A stretch of 64,000 bases of DNA from Alphaproteobacteria bacterium (GCA_041908065.1 JAYRGC010000050.1:21718-85717), one strand, 5' to 3'. Counted from the stretch's first letter, positions 9,453 to 19,702 are shown. The notes: generated by a model from the sequence alone, not told the origin. Translations and numbers: made by a program.

Positions 9453-9943
9453 ACTTGCCCAACCGCATTACGTTTGACCAGATCAAGGACTGGCCACCAA
9501 GCAAAATCGCCACACTCTCCGTCGAGGAACTGGCATGTCTTGCTGGCGATATTGCCGATGCTAAAGCCCACGTCGCGGCTGTCGAAAACAAGCTGCGCGG
9601 TGGTCTTGATCTCAAATATGGTCACCGCGCTTCGACGCAGCGTTCGAGCCTCGGCAAAGACACAGGCATCGTGCGTTTTGAAGACGGTACCTTCACTGTT
9701 GTGGCAGAATTGCCGAAGCGGGTGAAGTGGGATCAAGCGCTTCTGGCCGTGGCCGTCAAAACCATCGCCGAGCAATGGCGTGACGATCCGGCGCAGTATG
9801 TCGGTACGGAATACAAGGTCTCGGAAGCTGCGTACACGGCATGGCCGGATGTTTTGCGCAAACTGTTCGAGCCCGCCCGCACGGTCGAGCATGGCAAACC
9901 CGTCTATCGGCTTGAAAAGCAGAACGATGGAGGCCAATCATGA
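9449..9943 (+). CDS. Hypothetical phage protein
   Basis: ATGA-overlapped start at 9449 after GAAGGAGAG; no recognisable domain. Confidence 0.4.
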   Translation: MNLPNRITFDQIKDWPPSKIATLSVEELACLAGDIADAKAHVAAVENKLRGGLDLKYGHRASTQRSSLGKDTGIVRFEDGTFTVVAELPKRVKWDQALLAVAVKTIAEQWRDDPAQYVGTEYKVSEAAYTAWPDVLRKLFEPARTVEHGKPVYRLEKQNDGGQS

Positions 9944-10815
9944 GCCTTCCCATCATCACCGCCGACGAGCGCATGGCCGAGAAGCGCGGCATCAAAGGCG
10001 TGATCTTCGGAAAATCCGGCATCGGCAAAACGTCGCTTCTGTGGACTCTCGATCCGGAAGAAACGCTGTTTTTCGATCTCGAGGCGGGCGATCTGGCCGT
10101 CGAGGGCTGGCAAGGCGACACGCTGCGCCCGCGCACATGGCCTGAATGCCGCGACTTCGCCGTGTTCATTGGCGGCCCCAATCCGGCCCTGCGCGACGAT
10201 CAGCCCTATAGCCAAGCGCATTACGCAGCGGTGTGCGAACGCTTCGGCGATCCCGCACAACTAGCGCGCTACACCACAGTCTTTATCGACAGCATCACGG
10301 TCGCGGGACGCCTTTGCCTTCAATGGTGCAAGGGTCAACCGCAGGCCTTCAGCGAAAAAACCGGCAAACCGGATTCTCGCGGCGCTTACGGTTTGCATGG
10401 GCAGGAGATGATCGCCTGGCTCACGCACCTGCAGCACACGCGCGGCAAGGACGTGTGGTTCGTCGGCATCCTCGACGAGAAGCTCGACGATTTCAACCGG
10501 CGCGTCTTTTTGCCGCAGATCGACGGCAGCAAAACAGGGCTCGAACTCCCCGGCATCGTCGATCAGGTCGTGACAATGGCCGAACTGCGCGACAGCGAAA
10601 ACAAACCCTACCGCGCCTTCGTCTGCCAGACGCTCAATCCCTTCGGCTTTCCGGCGAAGGATCGCAGCGGGCGGCTCGACGTGATCGAAAAGCCCCATCT
10701 CGGCGAACTCATGGCGAAAATCTCCGGCCCGATCAGCGCGACCGAAAAACGCCTGACCTATGAGCAGCCGCAACCTGCCGCCAAAGATTCCACCCCTACA
10801 ACCCAAGGAGCTTGA
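9940..10815 (+). CDS. Phage AAA/RecA-like P-loop ATPase (Sak4-like?)
   Basis: Walker A GKSGIGKTS near N-terminus; Walker B-like VFIDSI; position in replication/recombination module. Confidence 0.55.
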   Translation: MSLPIITADERMAEKRGIKGVIFGKSGIGKTSLLWTLDPEETLFFDLEAGDLAVEGWQGDTLRPRTWPECRDFAVFIGGPNPALRDDQPYSQAHYAAVCERFGDPAQLARYTTVFIDSITVAGRLCLQWCKGQPQAFSEKTGKPDSRGAYGLHGQEMIAWLTHLQHTRGKDVWFVGILDEKLDDFNRRVFLPQIDGSKTGLELPGIVDQVVTMAELRDSENKPYRAFVCQTLNPFGFPAKDRSGRLDVIEKPHLGELMAKISGPISATEKRLTYEQPQPAAKDSTPTTQGA

Positions 10816-10818
10816 ACC

Positions 10819-11421
10819 ATGTCTATCTGGAAAGATTACAATTCCGCCGCCGAGCAATCGAACTTCGATCCCATCCCCGCAGGCACGCTTGCCAAGGTGC
10901 GCATGACCATCAAGCCCGGCGGTTATGACGATCACAATCAAGGCTGGACGGGCGGCTACGCCACGCAGGGTCAAACAGGCGCGGTCTATCTCAACTGCGA
11001 GTTCGTTGTGATGGAGGGGCAATATGCCAAACGCAAGGTCTGGAGCCTGATTGGCCTCCACAGCCCCAAAGGCCCCGATTACGGCAACATCGGGCGTTCC
11101 TTCGTTAAAGGCATCCTGAACTCCGCGCGTGGGGTGAACCCGAAAGACGACAGCCCGAATGCGCAGGCGGCGCGACGCATCAATGGCCTCGGTGATCTCG
11201 ATGGCATCGTGTTCGTCGCCCGCATCGGCGTGCGCAAGGATCAAAACGGCTTGAATCGAAACGAGGTCAATCTCGCGATCACGCCCGAGCACAAGGACTA
11301 CGCGGCGTTGATGGGAGCCAATCCCAATATGCCGGTCGGGTCGGCTGCCGCGCCTATGCAAATTGGATCGCAACAGGCTGCCGCCCCGCATTCCAACAAC
11401 CGTCCCTCCTGGGCGCAGTAA
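10819..11421 (+). CDS. Hypothetical phage protein (possibly DUF669-like ssDNA-binding partner of the ATPase)
   Basis: Position between Sak4-like ATPase and helicase; no motif I can verify. Confidence 0.3.
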   Translation: MSIWKDYNSAAEQSNFDPIPAGTLAKVRMTIKPGGYDDHNQGWTGGYATQGQTGAVYLNCEFVVMEGQYAKRKVWSLIGLHSPKGPDYGNIGRSFVKGILNSARGVNPKDDSPNAQAARRINGLGDLDGIVFVARIGVRKDQNGLNRNEVNLAITPEHKDYAALMGANPNMPVGSAAAPMQIGSQQAAAPHSNNRPSWAQ

Positions 11422-11433
11422 GGAGGACGGGGA

Positions 11434-13098
11434 ATGTTGCTCAGGCCACGACAGCAGGAGTTTGTCACGCGTTCTCTCGGCGCGCTTGTCGCTCACGACA
11501 ACACGCTGGGGGTCGCACCGACGGGCGCGGGCAAGACCATCATGCTGTCAGCCGTCGCGGGCTGGATGCTCATGGAGGGCGCGGAGAAAATCTGCGTTCT
11601 CGCCCACCGCGACGAGCTGACGGCGCAGAACAGGGACAAGTTCGGGCGCGTCAATCCCGGCATCTCGACGTCCGTTGTCGATGCCAGCGAGAAGGACTGG
11701 TCAGGCAACGTCACCTTTGCCATGGTGCCGACGCTCTCGCGGCAAGCCAATCTCGATGGCATGCCCGCGCTCGACTTGCTGATCGTGGACGAGGCGCATC
11801 ACTGCGCAGCGGACAGCTACCGGCGCGTGATTGACAAGGCAAAGTCCCTCAATCCTTCCGTCAAACTCTTCGGCGTCACGGCCACGCCCAATCGCGGCGA
11901 CCGCAAGGGGTTGCGTGAGATATTCGACAACGTCGCCGACCAGATCGAGATCGGCGAATTGATTGCCTCCGGTCATCTCGTGCCGCCGCGCACATTCATT
12001 GTCGATGTCGGCGCGCAGGACAAACTGAGCCAAGTCAAAAAATCGGTCAGCGACTACGACATGGAGGCGGTCAACGCCATCATGAACACCGCGCCGATCA
12101 ATCAGGCCGTTGTCCGGCATTGGAAGGAGAAAGCGGGCGATCGCAAGACGGTCGTCTTCTGCTCGACCATTCATCACGCGCGATCCGTGCAGCAAGCGTT
12201 TCTGGAAGACGGCGTTGAAGCGGTTCTGGTCACAGGCGAGTTGAGCGATACCGACCGTGCCGAGGCACTGGCCGCGTTTGAAAAAGGCTCTGCTCGCGTC
12301 ATCGTGAACGTGGCGGTGCTGACAGAAGGCTGGGATTATCAGCCGACCTCCTGCGTCGTGCTTCTGCGACCCAGTTCCTACAAATGCACGATGATTCAGA
12401 TGGTCGGACGAGGCCTGCGCACAGTCGATCCCGCGCTTTATCCCGGCGTCATTAAAACCGACTGCATCGTGCTCGATTTTGGCACATCGTCCCTAATGCA
12501 CGGCACGCTGGAGACCGATGTTCAGCTGGAGTGCAAAAAAACGTCCGGCGCAGCGCCGACGAAAGATTGCCCGAAGTGCGAGGGCGTCGTTCCCCTCGGC
12601 GTTCACGAATGCCCGTTCTGCAATTACGAATGGGGCCATACCGACAAAGGAGCTTTGGCTGATTTCGTGATGACGGAAGTCGATCTTCTGAACGGCTCGC
12701 CGTTTCTCTGGTGCAATCTTTTCGGTGATGACCACTCGTTGATCGCCCAAGGTTTTGAGGCTTGGGCTGGCGTTTTCTTCTTCGGCGGGCGCTGGCACGC
12801 CCTGGGCGGCGGCAAGAACATGCCACCCGCGCTTTTGCGGGTCGGCGAGCGCCTTGTGTGCCTCGCGGCGGCCAACGACTGGCTTAACACCTATGAGACC
12901 GACGACACGGCCCATAAATCGAAGGGCTGGACACGGCAACCGGCCACGGACAAGCAGCTGCAATATCTGCCGCCGCAATACAGGACGGATTACAGCCTGA
13001 CGCGCTACCACGCCTCGGCGCTTATGACCTTCCAGTTTAATCGCGCCGCGATCCGCCGCCTCGTGTTCGACGCTGCCAAAGAGATGGAGGCGGCATGA
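11434..13098 (+). CDS. Superfamily-2 DEAD/DEAH-box helicase
   Basis: Motif I GVAPTGAGKT, motif II LLIVDEAHH, motif III-like VTATP; C-terminal extension. Confidence 0.75.
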   Translation: MLLRPRQQEFVTRSLGALVAHDNTLGVAPTGAGKTIMLSAVAGWMLMEGAEKICVLAHRDELTAQNRDKFGRVNPGISTSVVDASEKDWSGNVTFAMVPTLSRQANLDGMPALDLLIVDEAHHCAADSYRRVIDKAKSLNPSVKLFGVTATPNRGDRKGLREIFDNVADQIEIGELIASGHLVPPRTFIVDVGAQDKLSQVKKSVSDYDMEAVNAIMNTAPINQAVVRHWKEKAGDRKTVVFCSTIHHARSVQQAFLEDGVEAVLVTGELSDTDRAEALAAFEKGSARVIVNVAVLTEGWDYQPTSCVVLLRPSSYKCTMIQMVGRGLRTVDPALYPGVIKTDCIVLDFGTSSLMHGTLETDVQLECKKTSGAAPTKDCPKCEGVVPLGVHECPFCNYEWGHTDKGALADFVMTEVDLLNGSPFLWCNLFGDDHSLIAQGFEAWAGVFFFGGRWHALGGGKNMPPALLRVGERLVCLAAANDWLNTYETDDTAHKSKGWTRQPATDKQLQYLPPQYRTDYSLTRYHASALMTFQFNRAAIRRLVFDAAKEMEAA

Positions 13099-13295
13099 TC
13101 GACAAGCAACCCCATGAAGAAGCCGCTATGGCCGCCGTGCTGCCTTTGCTCGGCGAGATCGTCGCCGAGATCGGCATGGACAAACCCTTGTCCGCCTACA
13201 CCCGCGCGGAAGTCCTGACGCTGATCGAGGTCGTGGTCACGGCCTACCAGAACGCGCTCTTGCGTTTCACCCCGCAGGAAGGATGTCCGTTCTGA
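13095..13295 (+). CDS. Small hypothetical protein
   Basis: ORF translationally coupled between helicase and nuclease genes. Confidence 0.3.
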   Translation: MIDKQPHEEAAMAAVLPLLGEIVAEIGMDKPLSAYTRAEVLTLIEVVVTAYQNALLRFTPQEGCPF

Positions 13296-14071
13296 TGCTG
13301 GATTACAATCACAGGCCTTCGTTCGGCGACAATCTGAACGCGCTCATCGATGCCGGACTTGTCGCGCAAAATCGCACACAGCCGAAACGAACCTATCTCG
13401 GCGCATCGCGTCTTGGCGTCGCTTGCGAACGCGCGCTGCAATATGAATATGCCGACGCGCCGAAGGACGAGGACAAAGTGTTCGACGGCAGAATCCTGCG
13501 CATCTTCGCTATGGGACACATGCTGGAAGACATGGCTGCGGCGTGGCTCCGGCTGGCGGGCTTCGATCTTTACACAACGCGGCGCAACGATCCCCAAGCG
13601 GGTCAGTTTGGTTTTTCGGTCGCCAAGGAACGGCTGCAAGGCCATACGGACGGCATTATCAACGGCGCGCCTGCGGAGCTGGGTCTGTCCTTTCCCATGC
13701 TGTGGGAATGCAAGTCGCTCAACGACAAATCATGGAAGGATACGGTCAAGCGCGGCGTGAGCGTTTCCAAGCCGATCTATGCGGCGCAGATCGCGACCTA
13801 CCAAGCCTATATGGAAGGCCAGATCGCGGGCATCTCGCAAAATCCGGCGTTGTTTACCGCCATCAATAAGGACAACGCCGAACTGTATCACGAGCTGGTG
13901 CCGTTCGACGCGGGGCTTGCGCAGCGCATGAGCGATCGCGCCGTCAGGGTCATTGCCGCCACCGAAGCTGGCGATCTTCTCCCACGCATCACATCCGATC
14001 CTGCGTGGTTCGAGTGCAAAACATGCGCATGGCAGATGCGTTGCTGGAAAGAGGCCGCACGTGGGGCTTGA
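13295..14071 (+). CDS. PD-(D/E)XK-family nuclease (Cas4/RecB-like, C-terminal Cys pair)
   Basis: GHTDGI...LWECKS gives D...E.K catalytic motif; C-terminal WFECKTCAWQMRCW cysteines; ATG 13295 overlaps the upstream stop (ATGA) with an AGGAAGGA RBS. Confidence 0.55.
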   Translation: MLDYNHRPSFGDNLNALIDAGLVAQNRTQPKRTYLGASRLGVACERALQYEYADAPKDEDKVFDGRILRIFAMGHMLEDMAAAWLRLAGFDLYTTRRNDPQAGQFGFSVAKERLQGHTDGIINGAPAELGLSFPMLWECKSLNDKSWKDTVKRGVSVSKPIYAAQIATYQAYMEGQIAGISQNPALFTAINKDNAELYHELVPFDAGLAQRMSDRAVRVIAATEAGDLLPRITSDPAWFECKTCAWQMRCWKEAARGA

Positions 14072-16202
14072 TTACAACAACGCATCCGACCAACCGGAAC
14101 CTCGTTCGCCGCAGGAACTTGCCGCCGAAAGGGATCGTTTGCGCGAAGCGCTGCTGGCGAGGATTGAAGACGTTCTGTTCCATTTGTTCCCTGCAGGGCG
14201 CGTTCAGGGCAACAAGTTTTTTATCGGCAACGTGCGCGGCGATCCAGGCGACAGCATGGATGTCGATCTCGATGGCCCCAAAGCCGGCCTTTGGAGCGAT
14301 TTTGCTGCAAAAGGTGGCGGCGACATCTTTAGCCTCTGGGCAGCGGCCAAAGGGCTGGACGTTAAACGCGACTTTCCCAAAATCATCGCTGACATCTCCG
14401 CATGGCTTGGCGATGCGCCCGCGCAACAAATCGCGCCGCGATCCAAACCGGCAAAGGCAGCGCCCGTCATTGATACGCTCGGCCCCTATACGGCAAAATG
14501 GGACTATCACGATGCCGACGGCAAGCTGATCGCCTGCGTTTATCGCTACGACACGGCAGGAGGGAAAGAGTTTCGCCCGTGGGATGTCAAGACGCGCTCG
14601 CACAAAGCGCCGGAGCCGCGCCCGCTTTACAACATCCCCTGCATCCTCTCATCCGACATCGTCATTCTGGTCGAAGGCGAAAAGTGCGCGGACGCTTTGC
14701 TCGGAATGAACCAATGCGCCACCACGGCTATGAACGGCGCAAAGGCGCCTGTTGAGAAAACGGATTGGTCGCCGCTTAAGGGCAAACAGGTCTTCATCTG
14801 GCCGGACAATGACGAGCCGGGCAGCCAATATGCGGAAAACGCGGCGCAGGCGATCTTCGACGCAGGCGCGCGCTCGGTGCACATCATCCCGCCGCCGCAG
14901 GGCAAACCCAAGGGTTGGGACGCTGCCGATGCGTTCGACGAAGGTTTCGATTGCGAGGGGTTTATCCGCAGCGCCACGAATGCCTGTTTAAACGTTGCCG
15001 ACAATTACAGCGTGCGCGAGCTTTTGGCCGACACCAGCCCTATGCCGCCGGACATTATCGCGCCGCGCATCCTGACGCAGGGCGGTCTTCTGGTCTTCGG
15101 CGGCGCGCCCAAGGTCGGCAAAAGCGACTTCATCCTCTGCTGGCTCATTCACATGGCAGCGGGAGTTGAGTTTCTGGGCATGCGCCCGCCGCGCCGTTTG
15201 CGCATATTCATTCTGCAGGCCGAGATCCAATACCATTATTTGCGCGAGCGCATCCGCGAACTGCGCATCGATGCCACCATCGTCGAAGCCGCGCTCGACA
15301 ATCTCGTTATCACGCCCCAGTTGAAACTGGTGTTGAACGAGGCTGGTCTCGCCACGGTCGTCAACACCATCCGGCAGAGGTTCAGTGAAACGCCGCCCGA
15401 CATCATCGTCATCGACCCCTTGCGCAACGTGTTCGACGGCGGCGAAGGCGAAGCGAGCGAGAACGACAACAACGCCATGCTGTTTTTTCTGCAAAAACGG
15501 ATCGAAGCCCTGCGAGACGCCGTCAATCCCGACGCGGGCATCGTCATCGCGCATCACACCAGCAAGATGCCAAAAAAGCTGATCGAAGAAGATCCCTTCC
15601 GCGCGCTCAGTGGTGCAAACGCCCTGCGCGGTTATTACACGTCGGGGATGCTTCTATTCCGTCCCGATGAAACGCGCGGCGAACGCCATCTCTACTTCGA
15701 GCTGCGCAACGGCGAGGCCATTCCTTACAAGATCATCGACAAGGCGGGCGGGCAATGGATCGAGATCGACCGCCTTTATCAGCGCACGACGCAACAAGAG
15801 GCAGGAGCCAGGCAAGACGCTGAACGTGAGCGCAAGCACGACGTCATTCTCGAGATCATCGACGAACAAGCGCGGCTCGGCGAGGCGTTCACCATCAAGC
15901 AATTTGCCGAGACCTTTGAGGCCAAGGCGGGGCTCGGCAGCGGTCGCACCATCATGGAGCGCATCTCCGTGCTCGCCACCAAGGGCTTCATCAAATTCTT
16001 CCGCAACGTCGACGACTACGGGCTCAAACCGGCGGAGCGTTCCAAGTACGGCTACATGTGCATCAAGGGCATGGAGTTGCAGACCATGAAAGGCCTCGTG
16101 CGTGTTCTGCCCACCCATTACAAGGACGAGCACACCGGCTCGTTTCTTCCCGTCGAAAACCCCGACATCTGGATCAATCACGAAGGAGGAGAAAGGCCAT
16201 GA
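14061..16202 (+). CDS. Bifunctional phage DNA primase/helicase (Toprim domain plus RepA/DnaB-like P-loop ATPase)
   Basis: Toprim signature ILVEGEKCADAL...IWPDNDEPG; Walker A GGAPKVGKSDF; start set at GTG 14061 after AAGAGG. Confidence 0.65.
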   Translation: MGLDYNNASDQPEPRSPQELAAERDRLREALLARIEDVLFHLFPAGRVQGNKFFIGNVRGDPGDSMDVDLDGPKAGLWSDFAAKGGGDIFSLWAAAKGLDVKRDFPKIIADISAWLGDAPAQQIAPRSKPAKAAPVIDTLGPYTAKWDYHDADGKLIACVYRYDTAGGKEFRPWDVKTRSHKAPEPRPLYNIPCILSSDIVILVEGEKCADALLGMNQCATTAMNGAKAPVEKTDWSPLKGKQVFIWPDNDEPGSQYAENAAQAIFDAGARSVHIIPPPQGKPKGWDAADAFDEGFDCEGFIRSATNACLNVADNYSVRELLADTSPMPPDIIAPRILTQGGLLVFGGAPKVGKSDFILCWLIHMAAGVEFLGMRPPRRLRIFILQAEIQYHYLRERIRELRIDATIVEAALDNLVITPQLKLVLNEAGLATVVNTIRQRFSETPPDIIVIDPLRNVFDGGEGEASENDNNAMLFFLQKRIEALRDAVNPDAGIVIAHHTSKMPKKLIEEDPFRALSGANALRGYYTSGMLLFRPDETRGERHLYFELRNGEAIPYKIIDKAGGQWIEIDRLYQRTTQQEAGARQDAERERKHDVILEIIDEQARLGEAFTIKQFAETFEAKAGLGSGRTIMERISVLATKGFIKFFRNVDDYGLKPAERSKYGYMCIKGMELQTMKGLVRVLPTHYKDEHTGSFLPVENPDIWINHEGGERP

Positions 16203-16204
16203 CA

Positions 16205-16500
16205 AACCCCGTTTTCCAGAATGCAAAACGTCGTTCGCAGATTGCAGAATCCCGCATTCTGCAATCTGTCCGCATTCTGGTTCTCAATAAGATCAAGACG
16301 TTAAGCCAGATTACAGAATGCAGAATGCAGCTTTCGCATTCTGGCCGCATTCTGGAAAAAGCACCTGTTTCCCCAATATGTTATGGCCAGATTACAGAAT
16401 GCGAACCGGCCCTCTACTACGTAGAGGGGGAAGACACCCTTCGGTGTCTTCCCCTTTCGCTACGTAGGCCACCGCTGCCGACCGACGCGTGGTTCATCGC
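16205..16500. repeat. Iteron cluster (CCAGAATGC/GCATTCTGG units, direct and inverted) plus hairpins directly downstream of the primase-helicase gene; putative replication origin
   Basis: At least 9 copies of the 8-9-bp unit in 200 bp, followed by palindrome ccctctactacgtagaggg / gaagacacccttcggtgtcttc. Confidence 0.5.
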
Positions 16501-16535
16501 AGGACAGTCCTCTCTGAGAACGGAAGGGGCGTGCC

Positions 16536-17012
16536 ATGGCTGATCAAAGGCAAACGATCCTCGCGCTCGATCTCGGCACGCATACGGGATGGGCCTTGCG
16601 ACAACGCGACGGCGGGATCGCGAGCGGCACGCAGCATTTTGTGCCAAGCCGGTTCGAGGGCGGAGGGATGAGGTTTCTCAGGTTCAAGCATTGGCTCACC
16701 GAGATGAAACAAACGGTTGGCGGGATCGATGCCGTGTATTTCGAGGAAGTCAGGCGGCATGTCGGCGTTGACGCGGCCCATGCTTACGGAGGCTTTCTCG
16801 CGCACCTGACCGCGTGGTGCGAGCATCACTCCATTCCGTATCAAGGCGTTCCTGTCGGCACGATCAAGAAACACGCGACCGGCAAAGGCAACGGCGACAA
16901 GAAGGCCGTCATCGCCGCGATCAAAGCGAGAGGTTTCGATCCCGCCGACGACAACGAAGCAGACGCGCTCGCGTTGCTCGATTGGGCTTTGAAAAATGGA
17001 GGCGCGTCATGA
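16536..17012 (+). CDS. RuvC-like Holliday junction resolvase (phage)
   Basis: N-terminal ILALDLGTHTGWAL matches the RuvC/YqgF catalytic Asp region; acidic residues later (FEEV, DKKAV). Confidence 0.6.
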   Translation: MADQRQTILALDLGTHTGWALRQRDGGIASGTQHFVPSRFEGGGMRFLRFKHWLTEMKQTVGGIDAVYFEEVRRHVGVDAAHAYGGFLAHLTAWCEHHSIPYQGVPVGTIKKHATGKGNGDKKAVIAAIKARGFDPADDNEADALALLDWALKNGGAS

Positions 17013-17239
17013 GCGGCATGCGTTGGACTCCACGCGGTTTCGGCGGCGAGCGCCCAGACCCTGAACGCGTCAAACGCGAAGGCTGGAACAGCAAAGGCAT
17101 TCTCGTCGTCAAGGCCGACGACGACCGCCTTTCCTGGCCAGAGCGAGAGTTGATTCAGCAACTCGGCGAGAAACTTTACGGCAAACCCCGTGTCGTAGCA
17201 CGGGGCAAACGCAAAACGGAAGGAGCGCGGCATGACTGA
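17009..17239 (+). CDS. Small hypothetical protein
   Basis: ATGA-coupled ORF, Arg/Lys-rich. Confidence 0.35.
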   Translation: MSGMRWTPRGFGGERPDPERVKREGWNSKGILVVKADDDRLSWPERELIQQLGEKLYGKPRVVARGKRKTEGARHD

Positions 17240-17666
17240 GAAATGGACCGCATCGCTGGTCGAAGAACGTCTTGTCGAGGCGGCGGACATTTTGAAACGC
17301 ATGCCGCCCGTCAAGGTGCGCGGGTATTTCAATGTCTGGCCGACCATCGTCCACGACTTCGGCGATCTAGTTGGGCAAGAACCGCCACGCCTCAAGCGTC
17401 CGTATCCCTCCGCCGCTGCGATCAGCCGCATGGAAGAAACGCTTGGCTGGACGATTGGGCTTGATCCTGTCGACGCTAAGATCGTGTGGCTTCGGGCTTA
17501 CGGCATGCGCTGGAAAGACGTGTGCTGGCGGGTCGGTTTGAACCGTTCGACCGTCGGTCAGCACTGGTTTTACGGTCTCTGCATCATCGCATGGCGGCTT
17601 AACGGTCGCAGGTTTAAGCAAAAGCCTTCGTACCGCAGCGTGCTTGCGCTAATCAGCAAGTCGTAA
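17232..17666 (+). CDS. Hypothetical protein with C-terminal HTH-like segment (possible late regulator)
   Basis: MRWKDVCWRVGLNRSTVGQHW resembles a sigma region-4/LuxR-like helix-turn-helix. Confidence 0.4.
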   Translation: MTEKWTASLVEERLVEAADILKRMPPVKVRGYFNVWPTIVHDFGDLVGQEPPRLKRPYPSAAAISRMEETLGWTIGLDPVDAKIVWLRAYGMRWKDVCWRVGLNRSTVGQHWFYGLCIIAWRLNGRRFKQKPSYRSVLALISKS

Positions 17667-17759
17667 TCGTGATGGCTGGATAAAAAAGTGTCTGCCGGAC
17701 ACTTTTCTATGATACAAAAACGCAAGAATTCTGGTAGTTCTTAATCATGATCGGGAGAG

Positions 17760-18125
17760 GCACGAGCGGGCAATGCGGCTCTGATGGATCATGTTACACC
17801 GTCCGACATCATCGCACAGTATCCAACATTTTTGCACAGTATCCGAGGTTTTTCGAACAGCACCCGACATCATCTCACATCATCGCACAGTATCCGACAT
17901 CATGCGGAGAGGATCGCCTCTTTCAGCAATTATAGGACGCTTTCGGCAAGGAAAATGCATCGAAAATTGCTACATCATCGCAACATCATCTGACACCATT
18001 CAACACTATCGAACATCATCCGACATCGTTCGACATGACCTCACATGAACGCACATCATCGCACATGATCTCGCATGAACGTGCATCACCTCACATGATC
18101 GAACATCATCTCAGATGATCGCGGT
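17760..18125. repeat. Repeat-dense, AT-richer non-coding spacer (CGCACAGTATCC x3; ACATCATC / CACATGA(T/A)C x~15)
   Basis: Degenerate short tandem and interspersed repeats; several GATC-containing units; no RBS-supported ORF. Confidence 0.5.
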
Positions 18126-18322
18126 AGGCTTGGCCGCCCAACCACAACGAACGCAGGCAGGCCGTCCATCCCTTTGAAATATAAAAGGTACTTCCCGCCG
18201 CACAACGTATGCGGGCGGGCGAGGCGCGGGCCTTCGCTAGCGACTGAAATCTAAAACGGGTTACAGGGGCGGTTACAGTTACAGCCCTCATCCCTGCCAA
18301 AAAAACGACATCGAGGTTCTGA

Positions 18323-19696
18323 TTGAATGGTCTGGCTCTATCTGCCGCCGGAGGCGATCACGCATGCCCAAACGAAGTGCGCGCGCTGTTCGGCCTCTCG
18401 CTCTGCGCGGGCGCAGGCGGGCTCGACCTCGGCCTTCATCTTGCCGTGTCCGGATATCGTACTGTTTGTTACGTCGAGCGGGAAAGCTATGCCGCATCCA
18501 CTCTCGTGGCGCGGATGGAAGACGAGGCCTTGGATTGCGCGCCTGTCTGGGACGACGTTACCAACTTCAACGGCAAAGCGTGGCGCGGTGTGGTGGATAT
18601 CGTCCATGGCGGCTATCCATGCCAGCCGTTTTCCGTGGCGGGGCGCAAGCTCGGCGACAAAGACCCGCGCCACCTCTGGCCGCACATCGCGCGGATCGTC
18701 CGTGAAGTCAAACCGCCTGTCTGTTTCTTCGAAAACGTCGGCGGACATTTACGATTGGGGTTTGAACAGGTCGCAGATGACCTTCGAGCAATGGGTTACC
18801 GCGTTAAGGCAGGCTTGTTTACGGCGGCAGAAGTCGGCGCGCCTCACAAACGCGAACGGCTGTTCATCCTGGCCTACTGCGAGGGTTTCTTCGGCGAACG
18901 AGGCTTCGCGCAAAGAGATCTTGGCTGGGAACCCAAAATATCGCTTGGAGGTGAGCGCGCAGCTTTGGCTCACGCCGCGCGCGCAGGAGACGACGGAAAA
19001 GCAGGAAAGCTTCATAAAGCGCAACGGCGACAGGACAGGACGATGCTTCGGCTCCCTGACGGCGCAATCGACGTTATGGCCGACCGCGACGGCAACGGAC
19101 TCGCTCGTTCAGCGTGCCAGACCGCCAGAGAAAATGATCCGCAAGGACGGAAGAAACGTCCTTCGCACGCCGAGCCTTGCGGAGACGGTGCTGCAGCCGA
19201 AGGGCTTTCCGTACACGAAGCAGGATTTGCAAAAGGCAAAAAGCGGCGGCAGATACCGAACGGCAAAAACGCAATGGCCAACGCCGCGCGCGCAGGAACC
19301 GGGGAGTACCAGTTCGGATCACGGGATCAGTTTGACGGAGGCCAGCAAAACGTGGCCGACGCCTCGTGCATGCTCGGGCAAAAGATCAAGCGGCATGAAC
19401 AGGACGGAGCTTGTGGGAGCGTGGGCGACGCCAACGACACGCGACTGGAAGGACGGCGCGGCGACGGCGGATGTGAAGACCAACTGTCTGCTTGGCCGCC
19501 AAGCCCCACGCAGCATGGCGAATGGGAGCGCGTTCCCGCTGACCTTAAACCCGCGATTTGTCGAATGGCTGATGGGCTGGCCAGTCAACTGGACTGCCGC
19601 GTCGACCGACTCCGCCTTTGCGGCAACGGCGTGGTGCCGTTGGTCGCGGCTTATGCGTTTTGCACTCTGGCAACTGAAGCTATCAAAGAAAACTGA
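18323..19696 (+). pseudogene. DNA (cytosine-5)-methyltransferase with two apparent frameshifts
   Basis: The three conserved blocks lie in different frames (frame of 18323 / frame of 18327 / frame of 18323); switches fall around 18885-18962 and 19595-19617; motif detail given under findings. Confidence 0.55.
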
Positions 19697-19702
19697 AACC
19701 CT

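Noticed and set aside
17747-18048. Three overlapping ~60-85-aa ORFs encoding HHRTVSDI-type repetitive peptides
   Set aside because: They sit within short-repeat DNA and have no RBS. Their periodic amino-acid composition simply reflects the DNA repeats.
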